A DNA stretch of 64,000 nt, from NCBI GenBank assembly GCA_964523705.1, contig CAZFYA010000001.1, positions 3,388 through 67,387 of the forward strand. The letters are read 5' to 3'. Each line of letters begins with the position of its first letter. Position 1 is the first letter of the stretch. This document shows positions 21,136 to 30,297 of this stretch, one piece after another. The notes under the pieces were generated by a model. It saw nothing but the letters and a program-made list of their open reading frames with translations. It made no database searches and was not told the DNA's origin. Source of the DNA: an uncultured Gammaproteobacteria bacterium (GTDB lineage: Bacteria; Patescibacteriota; Microgenomatia; Levybacterales; UBA12049). The position numbers and the translations under genes were made by a program.

Positions 21136-21731
21136 TTTTTCGCTCTAAACCACATATTCATTCTTAATTCAAAAAAACCACTGTTTATATTATCCTTTTT
21201 AAATCCAATATTTTGCAATAATGAATTTATTTTTACATTACTATGATTATGTTTATGATCTTCTGCTTCTTCATTACTGATTAAATAAATTCTTCCCAAG
21301 AAATGAATTAACCAATCTGACCATGGTGCAGGAGTTGTCATTATAAATAAACCATTTTTCTTAAGCACTCTTTTTATTTCCCTTAAAACAAAATCAAGCT
21401 TATCGTTATTAATATGTTCAAAAACAGCAAGCATTGTCACTACGTCAAAAAAATTATCTTTAAATGGAAGTCTTCTTTTTTCTACATCCATTTTTTTTAA
21501 AAAAAGCTTTTTATCTTTTAATTCCTTTAAGTTTGTATTAGGATCCACTCCATATTTTTCTTTAAAATTTGAATTTATTAAAAAATATGGATAAAACCCA
21601 CAACCGATATCTAAAATTCTATCTTTATTTGTTTTTTTAGAAAATAGCTTACTGGCTTTATTTACTCTTTGTTTTGCTAAAAAATTTTCCAATAAACCAC
21701 TACCACGAGTTACACTGTCTTTTTTAAACAT
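21132..21731 (-). CDS. Class I SAM-dependent methyltransferase
   Basis: Motif I ILDIGCGFYPY, post-I acidic residue, Methyltransf_11-like spacing; 199 aa. Confidence 0.75.
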   Translation of the reverse strand: MFKKDSVTRGSGLLENFLAKQRVNKASKLFSKKTNKDRILDIGCGFYPYFLINSNFKEKYGVDPNTNLKELKDKKLFLKKMDVEKRRLPFKDNFFDVVTMLAVFEHINNDKLDFVLREIKRVLKKNGLFIMTTPAPWSDWLIHFLGRIYLISNEEAEDHKHNHSNVKINSLLQNIGFKKDNINSGFFELRMNMWFRAKK

Positions 21732-21733
21732 AA

Positions 21734-23434
21734 TTATTTTATTGACAATAACTTAAAAGCAGTTGTGCTATCAGGTCTTTTTATTTCCGAAACTAGCAAT
21801 GCTTTATTTTCAGGAACCTCACAAGTACCTTCAACTACATAAAGTATATCTTTTTTTCCCACCAAAATGTTTTCCAATTTTCCTGTTGACTCATTTATTA
21901 ACTCCTCTTCTCTTAATGGACATTTCTCATCTGTAATTTCATAATTATCAAAAGACATACTTCCATATTTTGTACTTTTGCTATTCATAATAACATCTTG
22001 GATTAAAATAGGATCATATTTATTATAAAAAAGTAAAAATATGGTTGGAGCAAAATTCGCATCTGTTATTACAACCTTTTTATAATTTTTAGCATGTGTA
22101 TTTATTTCCTGAACTAATTCTTTATATCCCTCTTGTCTATACCAAGGCCTATGCGATGGTCCATGAATATAATATGAGTGTAAATAGGTTAAAAAACTAT
22201 AAAAAATAATAACTCCCATTGCGACAAAAATAATTTTTGTAATATACTGCCTTTTTATATTCTTTTTTAAAAAAAGAAAAAGCATAATAAATCCTAATCC
22301 CGAAAGAATAGATATTGCAGGAAAAATTGTTAACGTACGCTGAAGATTTGGTACATCATCTGTTGTTAAACCACTACCAATAGGTGCAATTAAAACCCAT
22401 CCAAGAATAAACCAGCCCGTTTTCTTATTAAACGAAAATAAATACCATAATCCCAAAATTAAAAGAGGTAGCTCAAATAGATACAACAAGCTACCACCGG
22501 GAACCCTATATCTATCCGGCAATCCTGCATCTGTAAATAAAAATTCAAAGCTGAAATGTTTAAAATAAGTCTTAGTAAATGCATCTGCGTAATTGGTTAT
22601 TTTATTATGAAAAAATCTTGATTCCAATGGCTTAACTCCCATTATTCCGTCTTCTCTTTGCTGTTCTGAAAGGACAAGACTTGTGTTTTGATGCTGAAAA
22701 ACAGATAAGGTTTTAATCCTATATGAAAGCGTTGGGGAAAAAAGCACTAATACCACCGGGATTATTATTAACAATACATAACCTAAAATTAAAACATAAA
22801 TTTTTAATCTATTAAATTTTCTAACATAAAACCCGTAAGTAAAAAGTAATAGTAAAAAAAGAGGCACAAAACTTCTTGCAGCTTGATAAGTATAAAGAGT
22901 AATAAAAAAAGATAAAAAACTAACTATTAACAAGTGCCATTTATTTTTCTCCAACCAATGAATAAAAAAATATGTTCCTAGAGAAATTAAAAAAACAACA
23001 ATTACGTTGTCTGTACAAACTCTAGAAAGATTGATATGCCATGGAGATATTGCTAAAAAAAATGATGTCAAAATCGCTAATTTATTTTTGTATTTATATT
23101 CCTTAAATAATTTTAAAACCAAAAAAAACACTAAAGGAATTGTTATAGACCCAAAAAAGGCAGATGCAAATCTTGCTGAAAACTCACTTAAACCAAATAT
23201 TGCTATAAATGGAATCGAAAAATACGTATATCCTGCAGGACTATACATAAAAGATTTAAGATTTAAGGGAAGTAAATTTCCGGTAATCTCCTTGCCTGTA
23301 TTAAGAATTGAATAACTATTGTAAGTTAAATATGCTTCATCAACATGAAAACCAGAAGGAATAACCCCGAGTTGATAAAAACGAAGAATTATAGCAAGAA
23401 TAAATATTAAAAATATTGGTAAATATTTTTTCAT
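21734..23434 (-). CDS. PMT/ArnT-family GT-C glycosyltransferase (family A)
   Basis: 566 aa. GVIPSGFHVDEAYLTYNSYSI...SARFASAFFGS...SPWHINLSRVCTDN. Confidence 0.7.
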   Translation of the reverse strand: MKKYLPIFLIFILAIILRFYQLGVIPSGFHVDEAYLTYNSYSILNTGKEITGNLLPLNLKSFMYSPAGYTYFSIPFIAIFGLSEFSARFASAFFGSITIPLVFFLVLKLFKEYKYKNKLAILTSFFLAISPWHINLSRVCTDNVIVVFLISLGTYFFIHWLEKNKWHLLIVSFLSFFITLYTYQAARSFVPLFLLLLFTYGFYVRKFNRLKIYVLILGYVLLIIIPVVLVLFSPTLSYRIKTLSVFQHQNTSLVLSEQQREDGIMGVKPLESRFFHNKITNYADAFTKTYFKHFSFEFLFTDAGLPDRYRVPGGSLLYLFELPLLILGLWYLFSFNKKTGWFILGWVLIAPIGSGLTTDDVPNLQRTLTIFPAISILSGLGFIMLFLFLKKNIKRQYITKIIFVAMGVIIFYSFLTYLHSYYIHGPSHRPWYRQEGYKELVQEINTHAKNYKKVVITDANFAPTIFLLFYNKYDPILIQDVIMNSKSTKYGSMSFDNYEITDEKCPLREEELINESTGKLENILVGKKDILYVVEGTCEVPENKALLVSEIKRPDSTTAFKLLSIK

Positions 23435-23450
23435 TTATAAAAATATATCT

Positions 23451-24953
23451 TTATTCTTCCGGATACCATTTCTCTATGGAATCATAAATTTCACTTGGAT
23501 TTACAAAATGCCATCCCTTATTCTTTAACTCATCATTTTTATACTCACTTATGTCAAATAAAAAATAATGTTTTCCAACAACACCAGTTATTACAGGTAA
23601 GTCATACTCTGAAAGCTGAGCACTATTGGTAGCAGTCGCAAACCCAACTTTAATTCCAGAATCATCTAGTAAATTATTTTTCATAAGAAATAAAACTGTA
23701 GGAACGCTTCTTGAAGTTGATTTATAATCATAATCATAAACAGCAAATTTTTTGTTTGGAAATTTTTTTCCTAAATCATTCATATAATCAGCTGCATATA
23801 TTGCAGTTGTATTTGTTGCATTTTTTATTTCTTCAATGTTTTTCATACTAGTAAATGTAATTATTGCTAATAATAAAATAATCATAAAAAATGGGTTTAT
23901 TTTTTTGATCTTCAATGTAATCCATGCCGTTAATATTAAAATCGCCGGATGAAGATAAACAAGAAAAGCTGAATAAACTTCTCCTTTAAAATAACGAAGA
24001 ATTACTACGTTAATTATAAAAAAAGAAAGTACGAATAAAATAATTTTAGATAATTTACGATAGATAACTGCATAAACGGCAATAATCGCCAAAAGAATTC
24101 CCAAAACATATCCAATTACAGGATACCCTCCTATAACAAGAGAAAATTCTCTTGGCCAATATATACCTAAATAAGTAAGCCACCTTTTTGGAAGAGCCAT
24201 CTCATTACCACCAGAAAGAAAAAATGAAATTAAATTACGACTTTGATAATGGTTACTAATAAAATCAAAAATTATTAATGGTATAAACGTAATAAAAAAA
24301 CCAATTAATAACAAAAATATTTTTTTTATTGAAAAACGACAAAAAAACGGAAGGATAATTAATACAAAGAGAAGACCAACTGCTTGAAAATGAATATTAA
24401 CTGCTAACCCCACAAAAAAAGCTGTAAGAAAGAAGTAAATATCATTATTAAATTTTATTGATTTTATAGCAAACAAAAAAACAAACATTGATACAAAACC
24501 AACAAAAGTTGAATAAGTAAGGTTTGTGGATTGTCCTATTTGTGCAGTAGATATCGCTGTTAACAATGCTAAAAGTAAACCAAGTTTATTATTATGAATA
24601 ATTTTTCCAATTTTATACATTACTAAAGGCATTAATGCAGAAACTCCAGTTTGAACTACCCATAACAAGAGTATATTTGTTGGTTGAAAAAAAGTAACAA
24701 ACATGTAAATCCAATACATATATGGTCCAAATACAAATGGACCAGAGGCTGAAAATGGTCCTATTAAGGGAATCTGATGAGTAAATATTGCATAATGAGC
24801 TACTATTGCGTCTCTCGCTTGATCATATGCCAATCCCCATCTGTTTTGATAATTTATAAATCTTAGAAAAACTGAAATTAACAAAATTATAGTTAGTCCT
24901 ATTTTAATTTCTTTATTTATAATCTTTTTTTTAAATTTTTTATAAAAACTCAT
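23451..24953 (-). CDS. Polytopic membrane protein, GT-C-like (family B)
   Basis: 500 aa. LAYDQARDAIVAHYAIFTHQIPLIGPFSASGPFVFGPYMYW; about 45-50% identity by eye to 19654..21135 in the conserved core. Confidence 0.5.
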   Translation of the reverse strand: MSFYKKFKKKIINKEIKIGLTIILLISVFLRFINYQNRWGLAYDQARDAIVAHYAIFTHQIPLIGPFSASGPFVFGPYMYWIYMFVTFFQPTNILLLWVVQTGVSALMPLVMYKIGKIIHNNKLGLLLALLTAISTAQIGQSTNLTYSTFVGFVSMFVFLFAIKSIKFNNDIYFFLTAFFVGLAVNIHFQAVGLLFVLIILPFFCRFSIKKIFLLLIGFFITFIPLIIFDFISNHYQSRNLISFFLSGGNEMALPKRWLTYLGIYWPREFSLVIGGYPVIGYVLGILLAIIAVYAVIYRKLSKIILFVLSFFIINVVILRYFKGEVYSAFLVYLHPAILILTAWITLKIKKINPFFMIILLLAIITFTSMKNIEEIKNATNTTAIYAADYMNDLGKKFPNKKFAVYDYDYKSTSRSVPTVLFLMKNNLLDDSGIKVGFATATNSAQLSEYDLPVITGVVGKHYFLFDISEYKNDELKNKGWHFVNPSEIYDSIEKWYPEE

Positions 24954-24971
24954 ATTGATTATTTATTATGC

Positions 24972-25688
24972 TTAATTTTTAAACCTATATTTCACAAGTG
25001 TCCATAAAGCTTTTGTTCCGTCTTTTATTGTATTTATCTTTTTCCCTTCATTATATCCCCTTGGGTTTGCTTTAATTGGAACTTCATGTATTTTATAGCC
25101 TTTTTTCAGTAGTTTTGCGGTAATTTCAGGCTCAAGTTCAAAACCTCTAGCATTTAACTTAATATTATTCATTGCTTTTTTAGGAAATAACTTATAACAG
25201 GTTTCCATATCTGTTATCCATTGTCCATAAAGAATACTTGTAATAAAACTTAAAGACCTGTTGCCTAAATAATGAATTAAAAACTGAAACGTTTTTTCTT
25301 CTCCTTTTAAATTAGGGGCTCTTTTAATTCTTGTTCCGTAAACTACTTTTGCCTCTTTTTCTTGAATTGGTTTTAATAAGTCTTTAATGTATTTGGGGTG
25401 ATACTCTAAATCCGCATCTTGAATTAAGACATATTCTCCACTTGCCTTACTTATTCCCGTTCTAACAGCTTTACCTTTTCCTGAGTTTTTTTTATGCTTT
25501 AGTAATTTAATTTCTTTGTTACTCTTAGCAAACTCATCTAATAAACTTAAGGTATTATCGCTTGATCCATCGTCAACGACAATAATTTCTTTTTTTACAT
25601 TTGGTATATTTTCTTTTTTAAGACGATTTAAAAGTTCAACAACCGTCTTTTCCTCGTTATATACGGGAACTATTATGGATAATTTCAT
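24972..25688 (-). CDS. GT2 polyprenyl-phosphate sugar synthase (Dpm1/GtrB-like), soluble type
   Basis: MKLSIIVPVYNEEKTV...VVDDGSSDNT...LIQDADLEYHP...ETCYKLF; 238 aa. Confidence 0.75.
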   Translation of the reverse strand: MKLSIIVPVYNEEKTVVELLNRLKKENIPNVKKEIIVVDDGSSDNTLSLLDEFAKSNKEIKLLKHKKNSGKGKAVRTGISKASGEYVLIQDADLEYHPKYIKDLLKPIQEKEAKVVYGTRIKRAPNLKGEEKTFQFLIHYLGNRSLSFITSILYGQWITDMETCYKLFPKKAMNNIKLNARGFELEPEITAKLLKKGYKIHEVPIKANPRGYNEGKKINTIKDGTKALWTLVKYRFKN

Positions 25689-26633
25689 TTAAATAAATTC
25701 TTGCACAACTTCTTTATCTTTCTTGATAAATAGTTTCTTATCTCTGGCTCTAGATTCTATAATCTTTGGTAATAAAAATAAAGCCTTAAGAAAACCTAAT
25801 ATAAAAGCTAAATCAAAACTAAAAATTGCTCTTATGAAATAAAACGGAATTAAAAATATGTGCCTCATTAATAAATCCAAGTCTGTTAAGTTTTTCCAGG
25901 TAAAAATAAATTGATTTCTATAAGCAATTGTTTTTATTTTAAAAGGTGAATACTTACTTTTTATCGCACCTTTCTCATGCTCATGTAAAACAACACTTTC
26001 TTTTTCAAAAACTACTTTGTATCCTGATTTTAAAGCTCTATATGATAAATCAATATCCTCCCAATAAAACGGATTGAAAAGAGGGTCTAATCCATTAAGT
26101 TTATCCCATACAACTTTTCTAAAAGCACCGCTTCCACCGCTTACCCAAAGTGTATTTGATTTATCCAATCTACCTTTGCTATGAACCAAAAAACCCCTTC
26201 TCCAATTACCAATACCTCTTCCTCTAAGTACAATTCTTTCTTTCTCAACGCTTTTGTCCATACATCCTATTGCAAATACGCTCTCTTTCTTAAAATGCTT
26301 AATCAACGGCTCTAAAAAATTTACTTCTGGAATAATGTCGGTATTAAGAAGAATTAATATTTCTCCTGTTGATGCTTTTACGCCATTATTAACATTTGAA
26401 GAAAAACCAAGGTTTTTTTTATTCTCTAAGATTTTATATGTAAATTTATCTATCTTTATTGAAGATAAAATATTAAAAGCAGTTTTAACTGAATTATCTC
26501 TAGATGCATCATCAGTTAAAATCAGCTCGATTTCATATTTCTTACCAATGGTTAATGCTTCAACAACTTTTGGTAAGTTTTTCTCCAAAAGTTTTTCTCC
26601 GTTATAATTTGGAATAATTACGCTAATTTTCAT
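25689..26633 (-). CDS. GT2 glycosyltransferase with C-terminal hydrophobic segment
   Basis: MKISVIIPNYNGEKLL...LTDDASRDNS...LNTDII...YWEDIDLSYR GT-A motifs; 314 aa. Confidence 0.7.
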   Translation of the reverse strand: MKISVIIPNYNGEKLLEKNLPKVVEALTIGKKYEIELILTDDASRDNSVKTAFNILSSIKIDKFTYKILENKKNLGFSSNVNNGVKASTGEILILLNTDIIPEVNFLEPLIKHFKKESVFAIGCMDKSVEKERIVLRGRGIGNWRRGFLVHSKGRLDKSNTLWVSGGSGAFRKVVWDKLNGLDPLFNPFYWEDIDLSYRALKSGYKVVFEKESVVLHEHEKGAIKSKYSPFKIKTIAYRNQFIFTWKNLTDLDLLMRHIFLIPFYFIRAIFSFDLAFILGFLKALFLLPKIIESRARDKKLFIKKDKEVVQEFI

Positions 26634-26636
26634 AAA

Positions 26637-28928
26637 TTAAAACAATGAGTTTGTAAACTCAATTTTATGTTCTCCCTTAGGAACAATTATGCCTCTGTAA
26701 TTATAGTCTGTTAAATAAATTTTTGTTTCTCTATTATCAATTGTAGCTTTCCAGCTTGGATAATACGAATCCGTTAAAACTAAAAATCCATCTCCATTAT
26801 TAGTGGTTTTAAGTATTACTTTGTTTTCCCCATATTCTAAAACCTCAACTTTTCCCATACTCCAATCATTTTTAAAAACATCTTTATTACCAACATTTTC
26901 AACAACCGCAACGCTGCTTAGAGGAATTTTTTCATCAAACATTACATTTATTGCCTCTTGCTTAGAGTTAATAAGTTTAGTATTTATTACAAAGAATGCT
27001 CTTGGGAATACTTTTGTATTTTCATAAACAAAAACACTGCCATTTTTAAAAACTAAATTTAACTTGGGCTCATCCAACTTATTTTTACTTAAGACATATT
27101 TTACATTTAAAAAATCAACTAATCTTGATGAAACATTTTGCGGTGTAATAATTCTATTGAATCCAAACGGAGGTGATATGTCAGGCTTTCCTCTGCCCAT
27201 TGCTGCCATAAATTCAGCATATCTTTGTAAATACAAAGGGTCATATCCATCAAGAGTTTGAAGCTTATACATTATTGAAAAATTAGGCGGAAGAATTGTT
27301 GAATCAGAGGACATTGTTCTAAATGGTCCTTTTTGTTTTTGTAAAAAGGAAGTAATTTCGGTTTTTGGATATAGATAGTCCTTTTTTGCAAAGGTTTCAA
27401 ATTTTAATCCGAATCTGAATAAATCAAATACCGAAATGGTGATTATTACAAAAACCAGTGAAAATAAAATTGTGTTTGATGCTTTTTCTTTTTTTCTTTG
27501 TGAATAAATAATTATTGCAAGAAAAGCAATTAAAGAGGCTAAAAATATTAAACTTGGGAGAATAAGATTATGTTTTGCAACATTTAAGTTTTCCGAAGAT
27601 ATCAAGCCTCCATTAAAAAATAAAACAAATGACCAAAGTAAAATAAAAAGTAAAAAGATAAATCCAAAGATATATAAAATATTTATTCTTTTTATTCTTT
27701 TTGAAAAATAATCAAAACCAAGTGCAGCTAAAACACTTAGACAAAAATCTGTAATAAATAAAAGCCTTGTAGGCTGTGATGTTGAAATAAAGGGTAGTTC
27801 AAATTTATACGGTAGTTTTGCAAAAACAGTTGGAAGTGCAAAAATTAATGAAATAAAAAATATTGTTCCAAAAAATAAAGTTTTTTTATCTTTTCTAAAA
27901 AACAAGGCAAAAAGAGCAAAAATTAAAGGAATTATTCCAATATAACCGATAAACTCTGCATAATTCCAGATACCAAAGTAATTAAGGGTTGAGGGATTTC
28001 CAAAAAAATCAGGAGCTATAAATTGAATTAAATTCTGCCAAGGAATAAACCACCCCTGGCTATTAAAACCAACAATATCTAAGCTTCTGGCTGAAAGATT
28101 TATGAAATTAACTGTTGGAAACCATTGAATAAAAGTAATTATTAAAAATAAGATAAAAAGAAAAATTAAAAAAATTAAATTTCTAAATTTCTTATTAGCA
28201 AGAATTAATTTCGAAATTACATAAAGCAATACAAAAATGGCTAAATAGAAAAAGGTTTGCAAATGACCTGCTAGAAATGAAAAAACCAATGATAATATAA
28301 ATACAATTGACCAGGATAAAACGCTCTTATTAAAAAGGCCTTTTTTACTAAAATAAAAAAACAGTTTATCTATAGACAAAAGAACTAAAGGTAAATATAA
28401 AGCTGTATGAAGCACCGTACCCCATTCAAGCCAGGCAATAAAAAAACCGCTAAATGAAAAAGAGAAAGCGCCAATAAAAGAAGGAGATTCTTTAAGCCCT
28501 TGGTTTCTTAAATACATATAGAGAAAAAAACCAGCTAGTAATGGTTGAAGAAAAATTAAGAAGCTAAAAGCATATTCAAACGGCATTATAAAAAATAAGA
28601 AATTAAAAGGGTAAAATACACTTGATTGAAAATTAGCAACAAGAGGTGTTCCTGAAAAATTATATGGATTCCATAAAGGCAAATGACCTTCTTTAATGTT
28701 TTCCACTGCTAAATGTTTCCATGGATAAAGCTGTCTTACAGGATCGGTTATTAAATGGTTTTTAAACGGAATTCCATTTGGGTTTGTTTTTGCATAAACA
28801 TCTCTAAACGGGTAATACATTCCAACAATAGTGTCTGTTGGAATTGGTAGCAGTCCCTTAAAAATAAATTGATAAAAAAAGACAACTACTAAAAGAAAAT
28901 ATAATACTGGAAATAAAAATTTCTTCAC
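26637..28928 (-). CDS. YfhO-family GT-C membrane glycosyltransferase (family D)
   Basis: 763 aa. N-terminal ...QLYPWKHLAVENIKEGHLPLWNPYNFSGTPLVANFQSSVFYPFN; C-terminal YYPSWKATIDNRETKIY...YRGIIVPKGEHKIEF beta-sandwich typical of YfhO. Confidence 0.7.
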   Translation of the reverse strand: MKKFLFPVLYFLLVVVFFYQFIFKGLLPIPTDTIVGMYYPFRDVYAKTNPNGIPFKNHLITDPVRQLYPWKHLAVENIKEGHLPLWNPYNFSGTPLVANFQSSVFYPFNFLFFIMPFEYAFSFLIFLQPLLAGFFLYMYLRNQGLKESPSFIGAFSFSFSGFFIAWLEWGTVLHTALYLPLVLLSIDKLFFYFSKKGLFNKSVLSWSIVFILSLVFSFLAGHLQTFFYLAIFVLLYVISKLILANKKFRNLIFLIFLFILFLIITFIQWFPTVNFINLSARSLDIVGFNSQGWFIPWQNLIQFIAPDFFGNPSTLNYFGIWNYAEFIGYIGIIPLIFALFALFFRKDKKTLFFGTIFFISLIFALPTVFAKLPYKFELPFISTSQPTRLLFITDFCLSVLAALGFDYFSKRIKRINILYIFGFIFLLFILLWSFVLFFNGGLISSENLNVAKHNLILPSLIFLASLIAFLAIIIYSQRKKEKASNTILFSLVFVIITISVFDLFRFGLKFETFAKKDYLYPKTEITSFLQKQKGPFRTMSSDSTILPPNFSIMYKLQTLDGYDPLYLQRYAEFMAAMGRGKPDISPPFGFNRIITPQNVSSRLVDFLNVKYVLSKNKLDEPKLNLVFKNGSVFVYENTKVFPRAFFVINTKLINSKQEAINVMFDEKIPLSSVAVVENVGNKDVFKNDWSMGKVEVLEYGENKVILKTTNNGDGFLVLTDSYYPSWKATIDNRETKIYLTDYNYRGIIVPKGEHKIEFTNSLF

Positions 28929-29995
28929 TGTTTAAAAATTTTTCTTATATTCTCACAAAATATTTCATTACTGAATTCTTTTGCTTTCTTACTTGCTTTA
29001 GCTGACATTTTTATTCTTAAGTCATCGTCTTTTATAATTTCCAATGTTTTTTTAATTAATTCATCTTTTGTATCCCAAAGAAAACCGTTTTCTTTATTAT
29101 CAACAATTTCTTTTTGTCCTCCGGCGTTAATAACAACAGGAACTGCTTTTGAGGACATTGCCTCAACCGTTGAGATACCAAAGTGCTCTGCTCTTTCAGG
29201 GTTTTTTTTCAAATCTTCATTAAAACCTGATGCATGCCAGTAGATTTTTGCTTTTTGATAAATTTTTGACAAGTTATCAAAGCTTGAGTTTTCAATAAAT
29301 TCAATCGGATAATTCTTAGCTGTTTTCTTTAGCTTTTCAAGTTCTTCTTTATATTTTTCAATATAACTTACCACTATTACTAACTTCCAATTTTTTAAAC
29401 CCTTATCAATCATTTCCTTAAAAGTATTAATCATAAAATCCTGCTTTTTAAAATAACCACCGTTTGGAAGTAATCCAAATCTTCCAACAGTTAAAATAAT
29501 ATTTTCTTTTTTAATCTTTGAGTCATTAAAATAAACACTTGATGGGGGATAAACGACAATGCTTTTTGTTCCAAGCTTTTTATCTACAAAATCTTTTGTA
29601 AAATTGCTGTTACAAATAACCTTATGTATTCTTTTAAGTTTTACATTTTGCCATGCTCCGCTTTTCTCTACCCACTCTATTGGAAACTGAAGATGAATAA
29701 ATAATTTGCTTTTTACAAAAGGAATACTTCCATCACTTAAGAAAAGAATTGCATCGTATTTTTTGGAAAGATTAAATCTTTTTAAAAAGCTTTCGTATTT
29801 AAAAAAGTTTTCTGATAATTTTACTTTTTTTAAATCTAGGGAAAAGCGCTTTTCAGCCTTTTTTAAAATATTTAAGTCCTTATCCCATAAAACAAAAACC
29901 TCATGGTCCATAGCAAGGCATGAGGCTGCTGTAAGCATGTATTTTTCTCCTCCACCTAAGGTATCCAGGTATGGATCAAATATTCCAACTCTCAT
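28925..29995 (-). CDS. GT4 (GT-B fold) glycosyltransferase
   Basis: EHFGISTVEAMSSKAVPVVINAGGQKEIV C-terminal GT4 signature. Confidence 0.75.
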   Translation of the reverse strand: MRVGIFDPYLDTLGGGEKYMLTAASCLAMDHEVFVLWDKDLNILKKAEKRFSLDLKKVKLSENFFKYESFLKRFNLSKKYDAILFLSDGSIPFVKSKLFIHLQFPIEWVEKSGAWQNVKLKRIHKVICNSNFTKDFVDKKLGTKSIVVYPPSSVYFNDSKIKKENIILTVGRFGLLPNGGYFKKQDFMINTFKEMIDKGLKNWKLVIVVSYIEKYKEELEKLKKTAKNYPIEFIENSSFDNLSKIYQKAKIYWHASGFNEDLKKNPERAEHFGISTVEAMSSKAVPVVINAGGQKEIVDNKENGFLWDTKDELIKKTLEIIKDDDLRIKMSAKASKKAKEFSNEIFCENIRKIFKQ

Positions 29996-30024
29996 GTTTC
30001 TATTTTAGCAAGTTTATAATGCTA

Positions 30025-30054
30025 TTGCATTTACAAGAAGAGTAATAATATAAT
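30025..30054 (+). promoter_or_regulatory. Sigma70-like promoter (TTGCAT-N18-TATAAT) feeding a near-leaderless transcript for the 30061 gene
   Basis: TATAAT at 30049-30054 lies 6 nt before the ATG at 30061; no SD possible. Confidence 0.5.
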
Positions 30055-30060
30055 TAAGAT

Positions 30061-30297
30061 ATGAATGATGCTTATACAGGTCTTCCACTCCCCTCATATG
30101 TAATGTATATAATTATGGTCTGGTCTATAGTCTGGAAGGGACTTGCCCTTTGGAGATCAGCAAAAAATGATCAAAGGAATTGGTTTTTAATAATGCTTAT
30201 CATAAATACAGTTGGATTACTTGAAATAATTTACCTATTTGGCTTTGCAAAGAAAAAATTAACCCTTAAAGAGCTTGCGTTTTGGAAGACTAAATAA
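30061..30297 (+). CDS. Small 2-TM membrane protein (78 aa), the only opposite-strand gene inside the glycan cluster
   Basis: Two hydrophobic helices with conserved-looking Trp/Lys pattern (VWSIVWKGLALWRSAKND); own consensus -10; 3' end overlaps the start of the convergent YfhO gene. Confidence 0.45.
   Translation: MNDAYTGLPLPSYVMYIIMVWSIVWKGLALWRSAKNDQRNWFLIMLIINTVGLLEIIYLFGFAKKKLTLKELAFWKTK

Noticed and set aside
9035-27261. Numerous 60-140-aa ORFs nested in the large GT-C genes (e.g. 9035-9265, 11614-11886, 12227-12640, 13502-13732, 15942-16139, 17567-18161, 18816-19058, 23007-23315, 26254-26607, 26803-27261)
   Set aside because: All lie inside or antisense to long conserved membrane-protein genes; no independent promoter or conserved motif; treated as spurious.
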